Below are positions 1 to 13,400 of a DNA stretch of 64,000 nt, one piece after another. This DNA is from Paraspadella gotoi (Eukaryota; Animalia; Chaetognatha): positions 17,049,420-17,113,419 of the forward strand of contig CM119268.1 in assembly GCA_051294375.1 (NCBI GenBank), in the 5' to 3' direction. Position 1 is the first letter of the stretch. Each line of letters opens with the position of its first letter. The notes under the pieces were generated by a model. It did not search any database. It was not told the DNA's origin and saw only the letters and a program-made list of their open reading frames with translations. The position numbers were made by a program, and so were the translations under genes.

Positions 1-479
1 CACTTTGATTTTTTCGAACGTTTGATGCTAAGCATTAATTCAATATTTCAGTTTTTTGATTCTCTAACCCTAAATGACAATAAACAAGTTTGAGCAAACA
101 ATGTCGGATTTTCCCACGATCATTATCGGTAATTAATTAATTAATAATTAAAAAATTCAAGTTAATTAATTAATTAATAGTTTGATCCCAAATGTTTGTT
201 TTTAGGTCTTTTCGTCCCTAACCACAACAGAAGCAATGATGACGATGAGAATAATTTCGATAACGATTGACTGATTAATTAATTATTAATTGACTAATTG
301 AATAATTAACTGATTAATTATTTGATTAATCTTGCAATTACATTTAATATAAAAGGAAAAAGAAGCATAATCAATTAGTGAAACAGGTTTTTTGTTTTTT
401 CCATTTAAACTCATTTCCACTCAAACGATTCCATCGGAACTTAATTTCCAGCTTAATCTCACACTTTCCTACCCACATA

Positions 480-539
480 CCAAATTTCATTCAAATCCAT
501 CTATCCAATCACGAGTAATTGGTATTTTTTGTAAGGTGG

Positions 540-597
<58 letters not shown>

Positions 598-755
598 TAG
601 ACAGATGGACGGACGGACGGACGGACATCGTTTTTTTGGCATAATTTAGCATAATTGATATAAGTGAGTGCCCTACAAGATTGAGGGGGCGGACCGACGG
701 ACCGACAAAGTGAATTATAGAGTCGAGATCTGCTGAAAGCAGATCCGACTAAAAA
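480..755. mobile_element. Probable terminal part of a non-autonomous Helentron/DINE-1-like element; the other boundary is not defined
   Basis: CAAATTTCATTCAAATCC motif at ~481, (ACAG)n at 541-596 grading into (GGAC)n at 607-626, CGGACCGACGGACCGAC at ~690, then a hairpin AGTCG-A-GATCTGCT-GAA-AGCAGATC-CGACT at 721-750 followed by an A run. An internal GTCY-type microsatellite plus a terminal palindrome next to a T/A run is the known layout of DINE-1/HINE elements. The family assignment is inference. Confidence 0.5.
541..626. repeat. (ACAG)n/(GGAC)n tetranucleotide microsatellite
   Basis: Directly visible tandem repeat. Confidence 0.95.
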
Positions 756-1169
756 GTTTTTCTCGCTATTTTTAGTCATTCCGTTACTACGTATTGGGAT
801 CTCGCATTTCATTTTCATAGGTTAAGGTATTCGCCATTCGCCATTCGCCATTGCACGATACAATCTCGGTTCCTCTTTTTTATATCTTATGTTTCTGCTT
901 CATTTTTCCCCTCCTACCTTCTTCCCCACTTTCCCCCATCCCCCCTTCCCCTCTTCCCTTCTTTCCCCTCTTCCCCCTTTTCTCTTCCCTTGCTTTCTTC
1001 TTCTTCTCGAAAATTGAAAGCAGGAAAGGAAATTTGCAACGGAGATGGATTTTCCTTTTTTTTCCCTTTTTTCCCTTATTTTTTCACTTTTAGTCTTCCT
1101 CATTTTTTCTCAGCTTTGGTTTCTTTCTCTCATGGGTCTTTTTCTGCACTTGAGGATGGAAATTCTTTT

Positions 1170-1170
<1 letters not shown>

Positions 1171-1241
<71 letters not shown>

Positions 1242-1401
1242 TTTTTTTTCTTCTTCTTTTTTTTCCCTTTTTTTTTCTTTTTTTCTTTCTTTCTTTCTTT
1301 CTATCTTTCTAACGTTTTCTTTTTTCTTTTTAGAGTAAATTTCATTTTCATTTTCTTTTGAAACAAATATCAGCAGCAAATTGAAAAGTGAATGGTATCC
1401 G

Positions 1402-1474
<73 letters not shown>
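1171..1474. repeat. (TTTC)n tract at ~1171-1240 and (GAAA)n tract at ~1403-1474
   Basis: Directly visible. These tracts produce the spurious FLSF/RKKE ORFs. Confidence 0.9.
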
Positions 1475-1476
<2 letters not shown>

Positions 1477-4400
1477 GAGAAAGAAAGTGAAAGAGAGAGC
1501 AAGACGCTCGGGGTCGCTACACCACAAGGATGAGGCTCATTTTTCAAAGCCTCCAACATATTTTGGCAGTGAAACTGCATAGAATCTTTGTCAAGGTGTG
1601 TGTGTGGCAATAGAAATGGTGATGTATGGGTGTTTAAAAGGCGCGATAAAAAAGGCGAGGGGGAAAAAGTAAAAGAAAAAAAAAAGAGAAAAGGGGATTT
1701 GGGGTGAGGGGGTGAGAGAATGCGGAAAGAGGGTGAGGCACCATTTCACGCCTTCGAAAAAAAAAAAAAACATCTTAACCGATCTTTTTAATAAAACGCA
1801 GATTTTTGCTTTTGGTTTTTTCTCCTCTCTTTTCTCATTCGAGGTAGTTGCCAAGACTCCCCATTAGCATTGTCTTCGTACTTTTTTACCCTATACTCTC
1901 TCTTATTCTCTCTTTCTCTCTCTCTTCTCGTCATCTCTCTCTCATTCTCTCTCTCTGTCTCTCTCTCTCCTCTCTCTCTCTCTCAATAGCCTCCTCTTCA
2001 TCACCGAACGTAAATTCGCTTCCCCACTCCCGACGGTTAATCCTTTTAAGTCGGACTAATTTTCAATAAAACAATGGCTTCCGTCGTCAATCATTCGAAG
2101 ACGGAGAGAGAGAGAGAGAGAGAGAGATCGCAAAGAGAAGAAAGAGGAGGAGAGAGAGAGATGAGCAGAGGGACGATGTGAAGAGAGAGAGAAGAGAAGA
2201 ATTGGAAACGGAGAAAAGGGCGAAGAGGAAGAAAAGAAGAAAAAAGCAAAAAGATAAGAAAAAATAGAAGTCTTTTCGACAGAAATTGGATGTTTTTCCA
2301 CCACCAAAACCGACTCGTCTTAACATTCTTTTGTAATAATTTACTAATGATAATAATTGTGATAATAAATGAGAAAATAAACGTGTTTTCACAAAATGAG
2401 TAATTAACTTTCCTTGCCTAACAATATTTTTTAAATAAAGTAATATTTAATACATTAATATATATTAAGGCGGCGCCAAAAATTAACATTTAAATATTTA
2501 TAATAAGGACGATACCGTCAATATATTTCAGTGACCCATTGATATCAATTCTTCTCATCTGCCTAAATCAAAAATTTTGAAATATTTTCATATCGTATCA
2601 CCACACGGAGACATTTCTTTGTCAACATAACGAAACTCTATAAATTCACAATTTGCTCTCGCATTCTCTGATTGGCTGAAAGAGGGCTCACGTGACATAT
2701 CCAATTTTTCATATTTCTTGATCCATACTCTAGGGTAGTAGTTAAATATTAATTAATCAGAGTAATCATGTGGCAAAAAGGTAATTTCAGATCTATATTA
2801 TTAATTTGACAGAAAAAATGCCAATAAGTTAATACAAAAAGCAATTAACTTGTCAAAACAACAATTTAAAATACACTCAAAATAATTGGACCTTATTTTT
2901 TACATTCGTCGACCCGGGATTTTACTCAAGGTCATTTTTTTTTTCGCTTCCTCTATGCTGAGCAACCGTGTTAAGAAAAGTCAAAAATATACTCGGTAAG
3001 CGCGTAAAAAAAACATTTTTAAATTTTATAAATCCCTTAACTAACCAACCTTGACCCAATGACTAACCGTTTAAAAAAATATAACATGTTATTCCTTTCC
3101 TTTGTTTCCTTGTTTCCTTGGTAAAACAAATATTTATACACAGGAACTTTGAAATTTGAGGAGAGTGAGAGAGAGAGAAAGAGAGAATTCGTTTTTGCGG
3201 CTGATGAGAAAAGCTTACATTTAAAGCTGAAACATACGTACCGAAATTTATGTGTATTGGCGGTGGCGAGCGTCGCCATTTGGGGAGGGACGGCTCCAAC
3301 GTCGACGATTTTGGCGAATGAAATATATCTATTCGTTTTCAAGTTGTCCCAAAGTTCGCGATGCGAGGTAGTCGCGACGAACTTGCATAATTGAAGAAGA
3401 GGTAAAAGGGGTTGGCCGAGGCAATTCGTGGGTTATTTTAGGGATAACATTTGATTTGGAATTTTTGTAAATTTCTTCAGTTGCCTCCAAGATTACGCGA
3501 ACGTTCGGAAACGGATTTGAAGCGGAGTGGTTTATTACCTTTTAACCGAAATATCTATTTTTTAATTGGTCTCGCATTGTATTACCAAAGAATCTGAAAT
3601 GCTTATCTGTTTTTAACTTCGATAAATAAACAGAGAACTTTTTGAAACCTCGGAACGTCGGCCATTTGTAAAATTAAAGTACTGAAAGGCCAGAGGCAAC
3701 TATAAACCATTGTTTCTTTATAAACTTCGTACTAAGCAATTCATTTTCTTCACCTGTAAAAACATAAAATGGATATAAACATAAGCATCCAACCGCGTGG
3801 TAGCTAAAGTTGTGTTTGCAAAACTGTCGATTAGTAAAGTTACCCTAATAATTGATTAAGCGACCATGTATTGAATTAGTATATAAATGGTCAGAGAGAG
3901 AGAGAGACTACAGTTTTTTCGCGAACTATTTTTTCCCACGTTGAATTCGCTGATTAGGTCTATGTACGCACGATATGTCAAGGCGTGTTATGAATGGTCC
4001 CAAGTTGACGGAGCGACAGCAGACGCGATACGGCCGCGGTCAATGCTGAGCCGACACTTCCCAACTCGCATCGCATCGCGTGCCGGTTGTTCGAAGAGGC
4101 CGGAATTTTGATGAGACTCCTCTAAAAAAGTTTAAAATAAAGTTTTTTTAAGCAATTTTCTTTAAGATATTTTCTTCTTTTTTTTTTAATGCTAATTATT
4201 TTTTAGGGAGAAAACAAGTTGAGTGATAGTGAAGCAAGAGGGAGAGAGATGTTAAAGTTTACTCTCTCTTCTCTTTCTTTTAATTAAAAGCGATACTGGT
4301 AATAAGTACACTGAAATACTAAATATAACCTTTTATTAAAATTTATTCAAAGCTATTTATAAAAATTTATTGCAGAGTTCAAAATCTACATAACTACTAC

Positions 4401-5346
4401 CTTTCCTCTCTTTTGTCTTTCTGTAACTTTTTTTGGTCATCGAGAATATCGCATTCATTCCGATCTGGATACGCGGAAGTTCGTTGAGCTCCGTGAGCGT
4501 AACGTTGAAGAAAAAATTAATTCCCTTTCCGCGGTGAGGGAATTTTTAGACCTCCTCTTTTCCTATAAAATATTACAACGGGCAGTAAGAGAAATTAAAC
4601 AACGTGACGTTAAGAAAGTATTAAACCACTTTATTAATAACGTTTTAAAATGCCTATTTATTACCCTCGTCAAACTTACACGGAAATGTGGGTAACTCAT
4701 TTGAAGAGATAGCCTAGATTTGTTGCAGGCATTAAATTTAAAAGATAGTATTTCACAGTAAAAACTTAGTTTGAAGGAAAGGTGTAAATGGGTTACTTTT
4801 AACTTTCGCCAACGGGACGTAAGGAGGTTAGTGGGTTGGGTTAAGGCGTGCGTTTTAATGGTTAGGGGATAGTTAGGGTTAAAAGAGAGAGAGTTTAGCG
4901 GTTAGCATAGCGTATTTATCTGATTAATGTTTTTTTAAAGTTTTTCAATTTATTTATATATTAAATCATTCTGTACAACGATTTTATTTTAATAAGATGC
5001 AGACATTGTTTCGGCTCACAAAATTCGAGCCTTCTTTAGCACTTGCGCATTTGCTAAATTAGAACAATTTTTTTATGAGTTCAAAGAGAAAGAAGAGAGA
5101 CAAAATCAACGAAAAGAAATGGATTACACCATGAATTATTTTTTAATAAAAATAAGTATTTTTAAGTTATTTTTGTAAAAGCCGCCAAAAACCGGCGCGT
5201 CGGCGAAAGCAAAATTTAGCCACGTTTTAAACGATTCCAAAAAATCAAAAGACGACTAGTTTTACTGCTGAAATATCCTTTCTATTTTCACGCCCGCAAA
5301 TCTATTAAAACGCATTTAGGANNNNNNNNNNNNNNNNNNNNNNNNN

Positions 5347-5384
5347 GTTATGGGCCCAGCACGCTCCCACTGCGCCACGCTGCT
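5347..5384 (-). tRNA. tRNA-iMet: Initiator tRNA-Met (CAT), 5' half only; the 3' half is lost in the gap at 5322-5346
   Basis: The reverse complement reads AGCAGCGTGGCGCAGTGGGAGCGTGCTGGGCCCATAAC. This gives A1 and an AGCAGCG acceptor strand, an A-box/D arm TGGCGCAGTGG, and the anticodon arm CTGGG-CCCATAA-C with the three consecutive Gs and CAT anticodon diagnostic of eukaryotic initiator tRNA. Confidence 0.9.
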
Positions 5385-6874
5385 CGTGAAATAAATCACG
5401 TATAGTATTGAATGTATCTCTATGTTTTTTGGAAAGCACAACAACCAAAAACGAAAATAGTTCTCTTTCGACGCATCTTTCTTCTCACTGAGTTCTTTTC
5501 TCTCTCCATCCCCCCNNNNNNNNNNNNNNNNNNNNNNNNNNNNNNNNNNNNNNNNNNNNNNNNNNNNNNNNNNNNNNNNNNNNNNNNNNNNNNNNNNNNN
5601 NNNNNNNNNNNNNNNNNNNNNNNNNNNNNNNNNNNNNNNNNNNNNNNNNNNNNNNNNNNNNNNNNNNNNNNNNNNNNNNNNNNNNNNNNNNNNNNTCTCC
5701 ACTTTTCTCGGTCATAATAAATAAGCCTTGATTCACTCCCGTGCCAGAGTTGAAGTCGAAAGCTTTTAAGCTTTCGCTCTGCGGGATGAAGCGAAGGCTG
5801 ACGGTCAATGTTTCAATCGCTGCTTTGCTTTTTTTCTTTTAGTTTTTATTTAAGATTATATCCAAATTTAATTAAATTATAATGTTTATTAATTAGCGTT
5901 TTGTTTCTTTTATATTTAATTCTTCTTCTACCCAACATAAAAGAAAAAAAAATTTAGTGTTAAAATTTTTTTTGACTTCTTTGCGGTCCTATTAAAAAAA
6001 TTTATTTGAACATTATTTGTATATTTGGGCTTTATTTTTAGTAGTAGCTCATATGTTTTATTTCCTTTATTGGTCATTTGTTTAAAACGCGGAGAAACGA
6101 GGTGAGCGTTACGTCGTTGAGACGCGAGGACGAATGGGTTTAAAAACGCTCGGACGAACCATAAAANNNNNNNNNNNNNNNNNNNNNNNNNNNNNNNNNN
6201 NNNNNNNNNNNNNNNNNNNNNNNNNNNNNNNNNNNNNNNNNNNNNNNNNNNNNNNNNNNNNNNNNNNNNNNNNNNNNNNNNNNNNNNNNNNNNNNNNNNN
6301 NNNNNNNNNNNNNNNNNNNNNNNNNNNNNNNNNNNNNNNNNNNNNNNNNNNNNNNNNNNNNNNNNNNNNNNNNNNNNNNNNNNNNNNNNNNNNNNNCTGC
6401 CATAAATATTTCATACGCATGTGCTACTTGCTATAATTTAATCTAACAAGAACCATTTAACAAACTTCGTTCAAAACGACTTTCGTTAAAAGCGAAAAAA
6501 AAAGCTTATACGCGATCTCATCCTTTCCTTTCCTTTTCTCCCCCGGCGCGACTCAATGGTCCATGGACTCTCGTCAGCGGCCCATGATGNNNNNNNNNNN
6601 NNNNNNNNNNNNNNNNNNNNNNNNNNNNNNNNNNNNNNNNNNNNNNNNNNNNNNNNNNNNNNNNNNNNNNNNNNNNNNNNNNNNNNNNNNNNNNNNNNNN
6701 NNNNNNNNNNNNNNNNNNNNNNNNNNNNNNNNNNNNNNNNNNNNNNNNNNNNNNNNNNNNNNNNNNNNNNNNNNNNNNNNNNNNNNNNNNNNNNNNNNNN
6801 NNNNNNNNNNNNNNNNNNNNNNNNNNNNNNNNNNNNNNNNNNNNNNNNNNNNNNNNNNNNNNNNNNNNNNNNNC

Positions 6875-7363
6875 GTGATTGAGCAGCAGATGGCGCTTTT
6901 GAGGCGTGGAGGGATTCAGGGCCGGAAGAGGATGACTGAAAAGGACGACGACGACGACGACAAAGACGAAGACGACGACAAAGAAGAAATGAAGGACAAA
7001 AGAAACGAAGGCGACAAAGACGATGAAGACGTCGAAGAAGACAAAGACGACAAAGATGAGAAAGACAACGAGGACGACAAAAACAACGAACACGACAAAG
7101 GCGTTGAAGATGAAGAAGAAGACAAAGACGACAAAGATGAGAAAGACAACGAGGACGACAAAAACAACAAAGACAACAAAGACGTTGAAGATGAAGAAGA
7201 AGACAAAGACGACAAAGATGAGAAAGATGACAAAAACAACAAAGACAACAAAGACGTCGAAGATGAAGAAGAAGACAAAGATGAGAAAGACGACGAAAAC
7301 AACGAAGACGACAGAGACGACGAAAACGACGAACTCGTCTTTGACGCTGACGACCGCCATTGA
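6875..7363 (+). repeat. Acidic (D/E/K/N-coding) minisatellite in an open frame; possible terminal exon
   Basis: Units start at 7028, 7100, 7181 and 7253 (72/81/72 bp) and read VEDEEEDKDDKDEKDNEDDKNNKDNKD-like. The frame is open from the gap edge to TGA at 7361-7363. The repeat is certain, coding status is not. Confidence 0.6.
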
Positions 7364-10317
7364 CGAACGCGCCAGGCCAGAAGGGACAATCGGCGACTTT
7401 TCGACCGACGTCCGGAAAAACCGTAAAAGATTCCGGACGGATTTCCGGCCTTTTTTTCCGGCGGAGGAAATTGCGGGAGGAAATCCGAAGGAAGTTAGAC
7501 GAAGGGGGGAGGGATGTGGGGAGTGTGAAAGTGAAGGAGGAAAGGGAGGAAAGGAAAAAGAAAAAAGAAAAAAAAGTAAAAATTCGTTGAGTTTAGAAAA
7601 GAAAGAAAAAAGAAACGAGAAGAAACGAAAAATGTAGGAAGAGAACAAATTTAAAGAAATTTAAATGTACCAAAGAATAAAAGGTTGAATGGAGTCAGGA
7701 AGATGGCGTTCCCAAGCAAAACGGGCCTCAGATGGTAGCGTATCACAGGTAAGTTGAAAGAGTAATAGAATGAAGAATGTGTATGGGGTTTCTATGTGAA
7801 AGTAAATTTTTTTTAAAAAATTCATGTTTGAAAAATATTTTTTTCTCTCGCCTTCATCCTTTCAACCTTCTCCCACTTTCCAACCTTACTCGCTTATCTA
7901 TTCCCCCCTTATCTCCTGTCGCTCCCATCTTTCCCCACCTCTTCCCAATCCATCTCTTCCTCCCATCAATTCCGTCTCTCTCATCTCCTCTCATCGCCTG
8001 ACCGGATGAGGGACCCGACAAAAGTTCCCAGGACGAATTCCATCGGACAATGGGTCTCCCATTTTCTTTTTCAATTTCTTTCTCCTCACATTTTCTTCGT
8101 TTTTTTTCCTTCTCACTTTAGTCCGTCCTCTCTTTCTCTTCTTCTTTCTTCCCTTCTATCTCATACCTTCCCTCTCCCCCTCCCTCAAACGAATTCCTAT
8201 TTTTATTTCTCCAGATTCTCCTTTGATGAATCGAGGGGGCGCGCGCAAAAAAAGAGGGAACAAAAGGCTTCCGCTGTCGTCGTCGAAAACAAAAGGCGAG
8301 CGGGAGAGAGGAAGGTGAGAATTGAAAGGCCGAGCGAATTTTCGCTTTTGTCTTTCGTCTGAATTCGACGTTTGAAAATTTGAAAAGGGACCGAACAGGC
8401 GGTGGGGTCCGGGCACTGGNNNNNNNNNNNNNNNNNNNNNNNNNNNNNNNNNNNNNNNNNNNNNNNNNNNNNNNNNNNNNNNNNNNNNNNNNNNNNNNNN
8501 NNNNNNNNNNNNNNNNNNNNNNNNTTTTTTTTTTATCTTTGCATAAAATGCGCGCAGGGATGCGGTTGACGTTCGTCGGACGACGACCTCGGCAAAAACA
8601 AAGGACAATTATACAACGACAGAGACGACGAAGAAGAGGAAGAAGAAGAAGACGACGAGTACGACGACGACAATGACTATACGAGAGACGACGACCACGA
8701 CGCCGATGACGGCATGGAATCGTCCATTGTCCAACTTTGGTCCCTAAACAATTGTTGGGACCGAAGGTGGAATCGTTTCGTATTTGGATGGAATGGAGGA
8801 AGCAAAAGGAGGGACGGGGAAGAAAGAGGAGGAAGAGAGAAAGGAAAAAGAAAGAAGTAGAAAAGAAAAAAAAAGGAAGAAAAAAGGAGAAAAGGAAGAT
8901 TTTAATNNNNNNNNNNNNNNNNNNNNNNNNNNNNNNNNNNNNNNNNNNNNNNNNNNNNNNNNNNNNNNNNNNNNNNNNNNNNNNNNNNNNNNNNNNNNNN
9001 NNNNNNNNNNNNNNNNNNNNNNNNNNNNNNNNNNNNNNNNNNNNNNNNNNNNNNNNNNNNNNNNNNNNNNNNNNNNNNNNNNNNNNNNNNNNNNNNNNNN
9101 NNNNNNNNNNNNNNNNNNNNNNNNNNNNNNNNNNNNNNNNNNNNNNNNNNNNNNNNNNNNNNNNNNNNNNNNNNNNNNNNNNNNNNNNNNNNNNNNNNNN
9201 NNNNNNNNNNNNNNNNNNNNNNNNNNNNNNNNNNNNNNNNNNNNNNNNNNNNNNNNNNNNNNNNNNNNNNNNNNNNNNNNNNNNNNNNNNNNNNNNNNNN
9301 NNNNNNNNNNNNNNNNNNNNNNNNNNNNNNNNNNNNNNNNNNNNNNNNNNNNNNNNNNNNNNNNNNNNNNNNNNNNNTTTCTGGAACATAATTTTCTTTT
9401 CTTAGGTTTACTTCCTCTACACAGAAAAAATAGGGATTGTTAATATATTAAAAAGAAAATTTTTTCTTGGTTCTAATGAAGTTTGCATTTTGGTTAAGAT
9501 TCAGACAATACAAAATTTTCTCGATTTTAACTTTTCACTTTTTTTCTTATTTTGTTTTTTGTCGTACAAATTATCCGAACAAAAATAACAAAAATAAATA
9601 AATTAAGAGGGAAAATTAAAAAGCCATTAGCTTCTCGGATCCTCGAAGCTCAAAATCAAATTTAATCTGGAAAACAATCGAAAATCATGAGGCGTGACTT
9701 TGAGGACAATGACGACGACGACGACCACGACGACGAAAGATGACGACAATAATCAGAACAAGCAGAACAACCAGAAAAACAAGAACAACAAACAACTGCA
9801 CCATCGATAAAAACAAAAAAAAAAAAAAAAAATAGAAAAAAATTTAAACGCGCTTGACGTTCGTCACGTGACCTTTGCTTTGAAGGAAGGAATGATAAAA
9901 ACGAGATAAAAAAATAAAAATAAAAAGAGGGAAAAAAAATCGACAAAACAAACTGGAGATAAAAGTGGAAAAGTCCCGTCCGATTTTCGTTTTTTTGCGA
10001 AGCGAAACTCGTAAAAATAAAAACAGAAAAACAAGCGACATGAGGAATAAAGGATGCGTCCACGAAAACTTGTTACAATGAATTTTTTAAATTATTTTTT
10101 CATTTGTGTATACATACATGTTTATTGATTTTTATCGGTCCAGTTTCTTTTTTTAACTCCATTCATGTAATCATTTTGAAAAATATAACCAAAAAAATGC
10201 CAATATAAAACGATGCGTCGTCGCATCTTAAAATGTTGGCAACGGAAAAGTCGGTGAACTTTTTTTCGTTTTCCCCGTGAAACTCACGCGAATTGCGTAG
10301 GCCCTTTGTTTCGCCCG

Positions 10318-10420
10318 CGGTCTGCCGGCTGCCGGTCTGTCGGTCTGCCGGTCTGCCGATCTGCAGATCTGCCGGTCTGTCGGTCCGCCGGGCCTCCAGT
10401 CTGCCGGTCTGCCGATCTGG
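10318..10420. repeat. Degenerate 8-bp tandem repeat (GGTCTGCC)n
   Basis: About 10 imperfect copies of GGTCTGCC/GATCTGCC/GGTCTGTC are visible. Confidence 0.85.
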
Positions 10421-13400
10421 GGTGGTCCGCCGTGAGTGGGACTCGAGGAAGAATCAAACTGGTCTTCAAGACTTTCTACTCCATGGATGGAGGATAAGTA
10501 TGAATAGTTCATTTAGAAATTAGTATGCTGGACGTCTTTTCGAAGTTTAGTTTAAAGTTTAAATGTTTAGTAAACNNNNNNNNNNNNNNNNNNNNNNNNN
10601 NNNNNNNNNNNNNNNNNNNNNNNNNNNNNNNNNNNNNNNNNNNNNNNNNNNNNNNNNNNNNNNNNNNNNNNNNNNNNNNNNNNNNNNNNNNNNNNNNNNN
10701 NNNNNNNNNNNNNNNNNNNNNNNNNNNNNNNNNNNNNNNNNNNNNNNNNNNNNNNNNNNNNNNNNNNNNNNNNNNNNNNNNNNNNNNNNNNNNNNNNNNN
10801 NNNNNNNNNNNNNNNNNNNNNNNNNNNNNNNNNNNNNNNNNNNNNNNNNNNNNNNNNNNNNNNNNNNNNNNNNNNNNNNNNNNNNNNNNNNNNNNNNNNN
10901 NNNNNNNNNNNNNNNNNNNNNNNNNNNNNNNNNNNNNNNNNNNNNNNNNNNNNNNNNNNNNNNNNNNNNNNNNNNNNNNNNNNNNNNNNNNNNNNNNNNN
11001 NNNNNNNNNNNNNNNNNNNNNNNNNNNNNNNNNNNNNNNNNNNNNNNNNNNNNNNNNNNNNNNNNNNNNNNNNNNNNNNNNNNNNNNNNNNNNNNNNNNN
11101 NNNNNNNNNNNNNNNNNNNNNNNNNNNNNNNNNNNNNNNNNNNNNNNNNNNNNNNNNNNNNNNNNNNNNNNNNNNNNNNNNNNNNNNNNNNNNNNNNNNN
11201 NNNNNNNNNNNNNNNNNNNNNNNNNNNNNNNNNNNNNGAAACATCGAGAAAAGCAAAGATTTTCACATCCTGCGCTCATCACTCTTTCTACTTGTCGTCA
11301 CTCCTTCCACTCTGCCCGTTGAACTCTCCACTCCCCGCTAGATGTCTCTCCCCCTTTCACCCTTTCCACCCCCTCTCTCTCTCTCTCTCTCCTCCTTCTC
11401 TACTCATCTTCGTCTCTTGTTCCATTTCCGATCGGTCGCTTCGCGCCCAACCGCGGATTTTCCAAGCCGAGACGCGGAGAGAGCAAGATCGGCGTGCTTT
11501 CGAAAATCAAACGATGGCCGACGAAGAAGAAGAGGGAGGGAGAGGAAGACGAGAGAGAAGGAAGAAGAGATCCGAAGAGAGGAGAGAGGAAGAGAGAGAG
11601 AAGAGAGGAGAGAGAGACAGAGAGTAGAGAGAGAGAAGAGATAGGACGGAATGGAGATATAAAAAAAAAGAGAGAGACGGAGAGCGGAACTAATGGGAGA
11701 AATATAAAGAAAAGAGAGAGAGAGAGAGAGGGAAAAAACAGAAGCCGCGAGATTGATATAATTTGGGTGAATTATGGTGAACGTGGGGCTGAGTGAGTCG
11801 ATGTGATTGGGGCGGATAAGGTTTGGTGGAGCAAGTGGGGTAAGGTATCACGGAAAATAATATCACTGGTAGGGGTCGAGTTGCTGGAGTTAAGTTAAAT
11901 GTAGCGAAATAATTTCGCGAACAGAATAGAAAGAGAGAAAGCGAGACGGCTGGGGGCGGAAGAAGCTTCAGAAAACAATAACAACGACAAAAGCGACAAC
12001 GACAACAACAATAATAGCGACAACGACAACAACAACAGTCGAGCTCGTTGCTGCGCTGCGACGAAGGACAAGAGGCAGGAGCCAATAAAAATCCCCGTCG
12101 CTTCTTTAACCAAATCAATTATGAAAATGAAAGGAATTCGGGTTCAGGAGCTGACGGCGATGACAATGACGATGGGGACAACGATGACGATGACGACGGA
12201 GATGACGACGATGATAATGTGATGATGATTATCTATGAAGCAGGCAACGGCAAAAATCTAAAAACCTTTGTTTACAAAAAATTTTAACAGTGGATTTTAA
12301 CGATTTACAAAAATTAAGAATCGAAAATGACAACTATAATGACGATGATAACGATGACGATGATGATCACGATGACGAAGAAGTAAAACGTAAAACCGTG
12401 AAGCATCGCGTGATGAAAGGAGAAAATATGGTTTCGCAACGAATAGAAAAGTTTAATGTCATGAAACAAACCTTCAAAATAGAGAAGTTGTGCAACGCGA
12501 TGAATTGTCAATAAACATTCGAAATAAAAAAGAGAGGAAAAAAAAAGAATCCGTTTTATGTCATGAAACTGATATTTTATGTCAGAACCACATGATATCG
12601 AAATATCATAAAAAATGCATCGAAAAATACAACTTCCTCTTCTCTTTTTCCCCACCCTTTCTCCTTCCCCTCTTTCTTTCTCCACCAGAGGGCCTCTTTT
12701 TTTTCTCCCTTCCCATTAAGCTAAACACCTGATGAGCGAGAGAGAAAAAGAAAACATCCCTGATACCGAATAATTACTGGATTATAGCCTCAATTATGTT
12801 ATGCCGTCCGACCCACTNNNNNNNNNNNNNCGTCGTCTTCGGAACCGTCGTCGGTTTTTGTCGATGCACAGATGTTTCCAAACAAACGCGACTATCGTTT
12901 CTCCCTCTACCGACGATCGTCGTAGCGTGAAAAACAAAAGACTCGATATGAGGCTTTAAAACAAAAACGGGGACTTTTTTTTCGCGAAGGGAGGGAGGAA
13001 GTGAGGGAAGGAGAGAGGAAGGGAGGTAAGTGATCCTGGTGGGGGAGCGGGTAAGGCGGAGGTAAGGCGAAGGAAGGTCGGCGGGACGAAAAAGCAATAT
13101 TGCTTTTGTGTTAGCGGGCGCGACGAAAAACTTTTATTTTTCTTCTGTTTGTTTGTTACTCTTTTTTTTTTACTTTTTTTTCGTTCATTTTTGTTTGTTG
13201 TTTTTATTTTGATATTTTTTTTTCTTATCCGTAATTTTAAGTTGGAATTCGAACCTAATTTAATTATTTAAAATTATCATAAACAATAAATATCTTTTAA
13301 AATCGCTCTTTAAATAAATGTAACGGCCTGTTATCACTACTTAAATTTTTTTGTATGAACTAAAGATTATAAGTTAAGCATATTATCTCACTATTTTTTA

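Noticed and set aside
4825-4905. Telomere-like GGTTAG/TTAGGG words
   Set aside because: They are scattered and degenerate and do not form a tandem array.
5757-5776. Palindrome CGAAAGCTT-TT-AAGCTTTCG, and a similar GAAAGCTTG...CAAGCTTTC pair at ~30703-30743
   Set aside because: These are short isolated stems with no supporting context.
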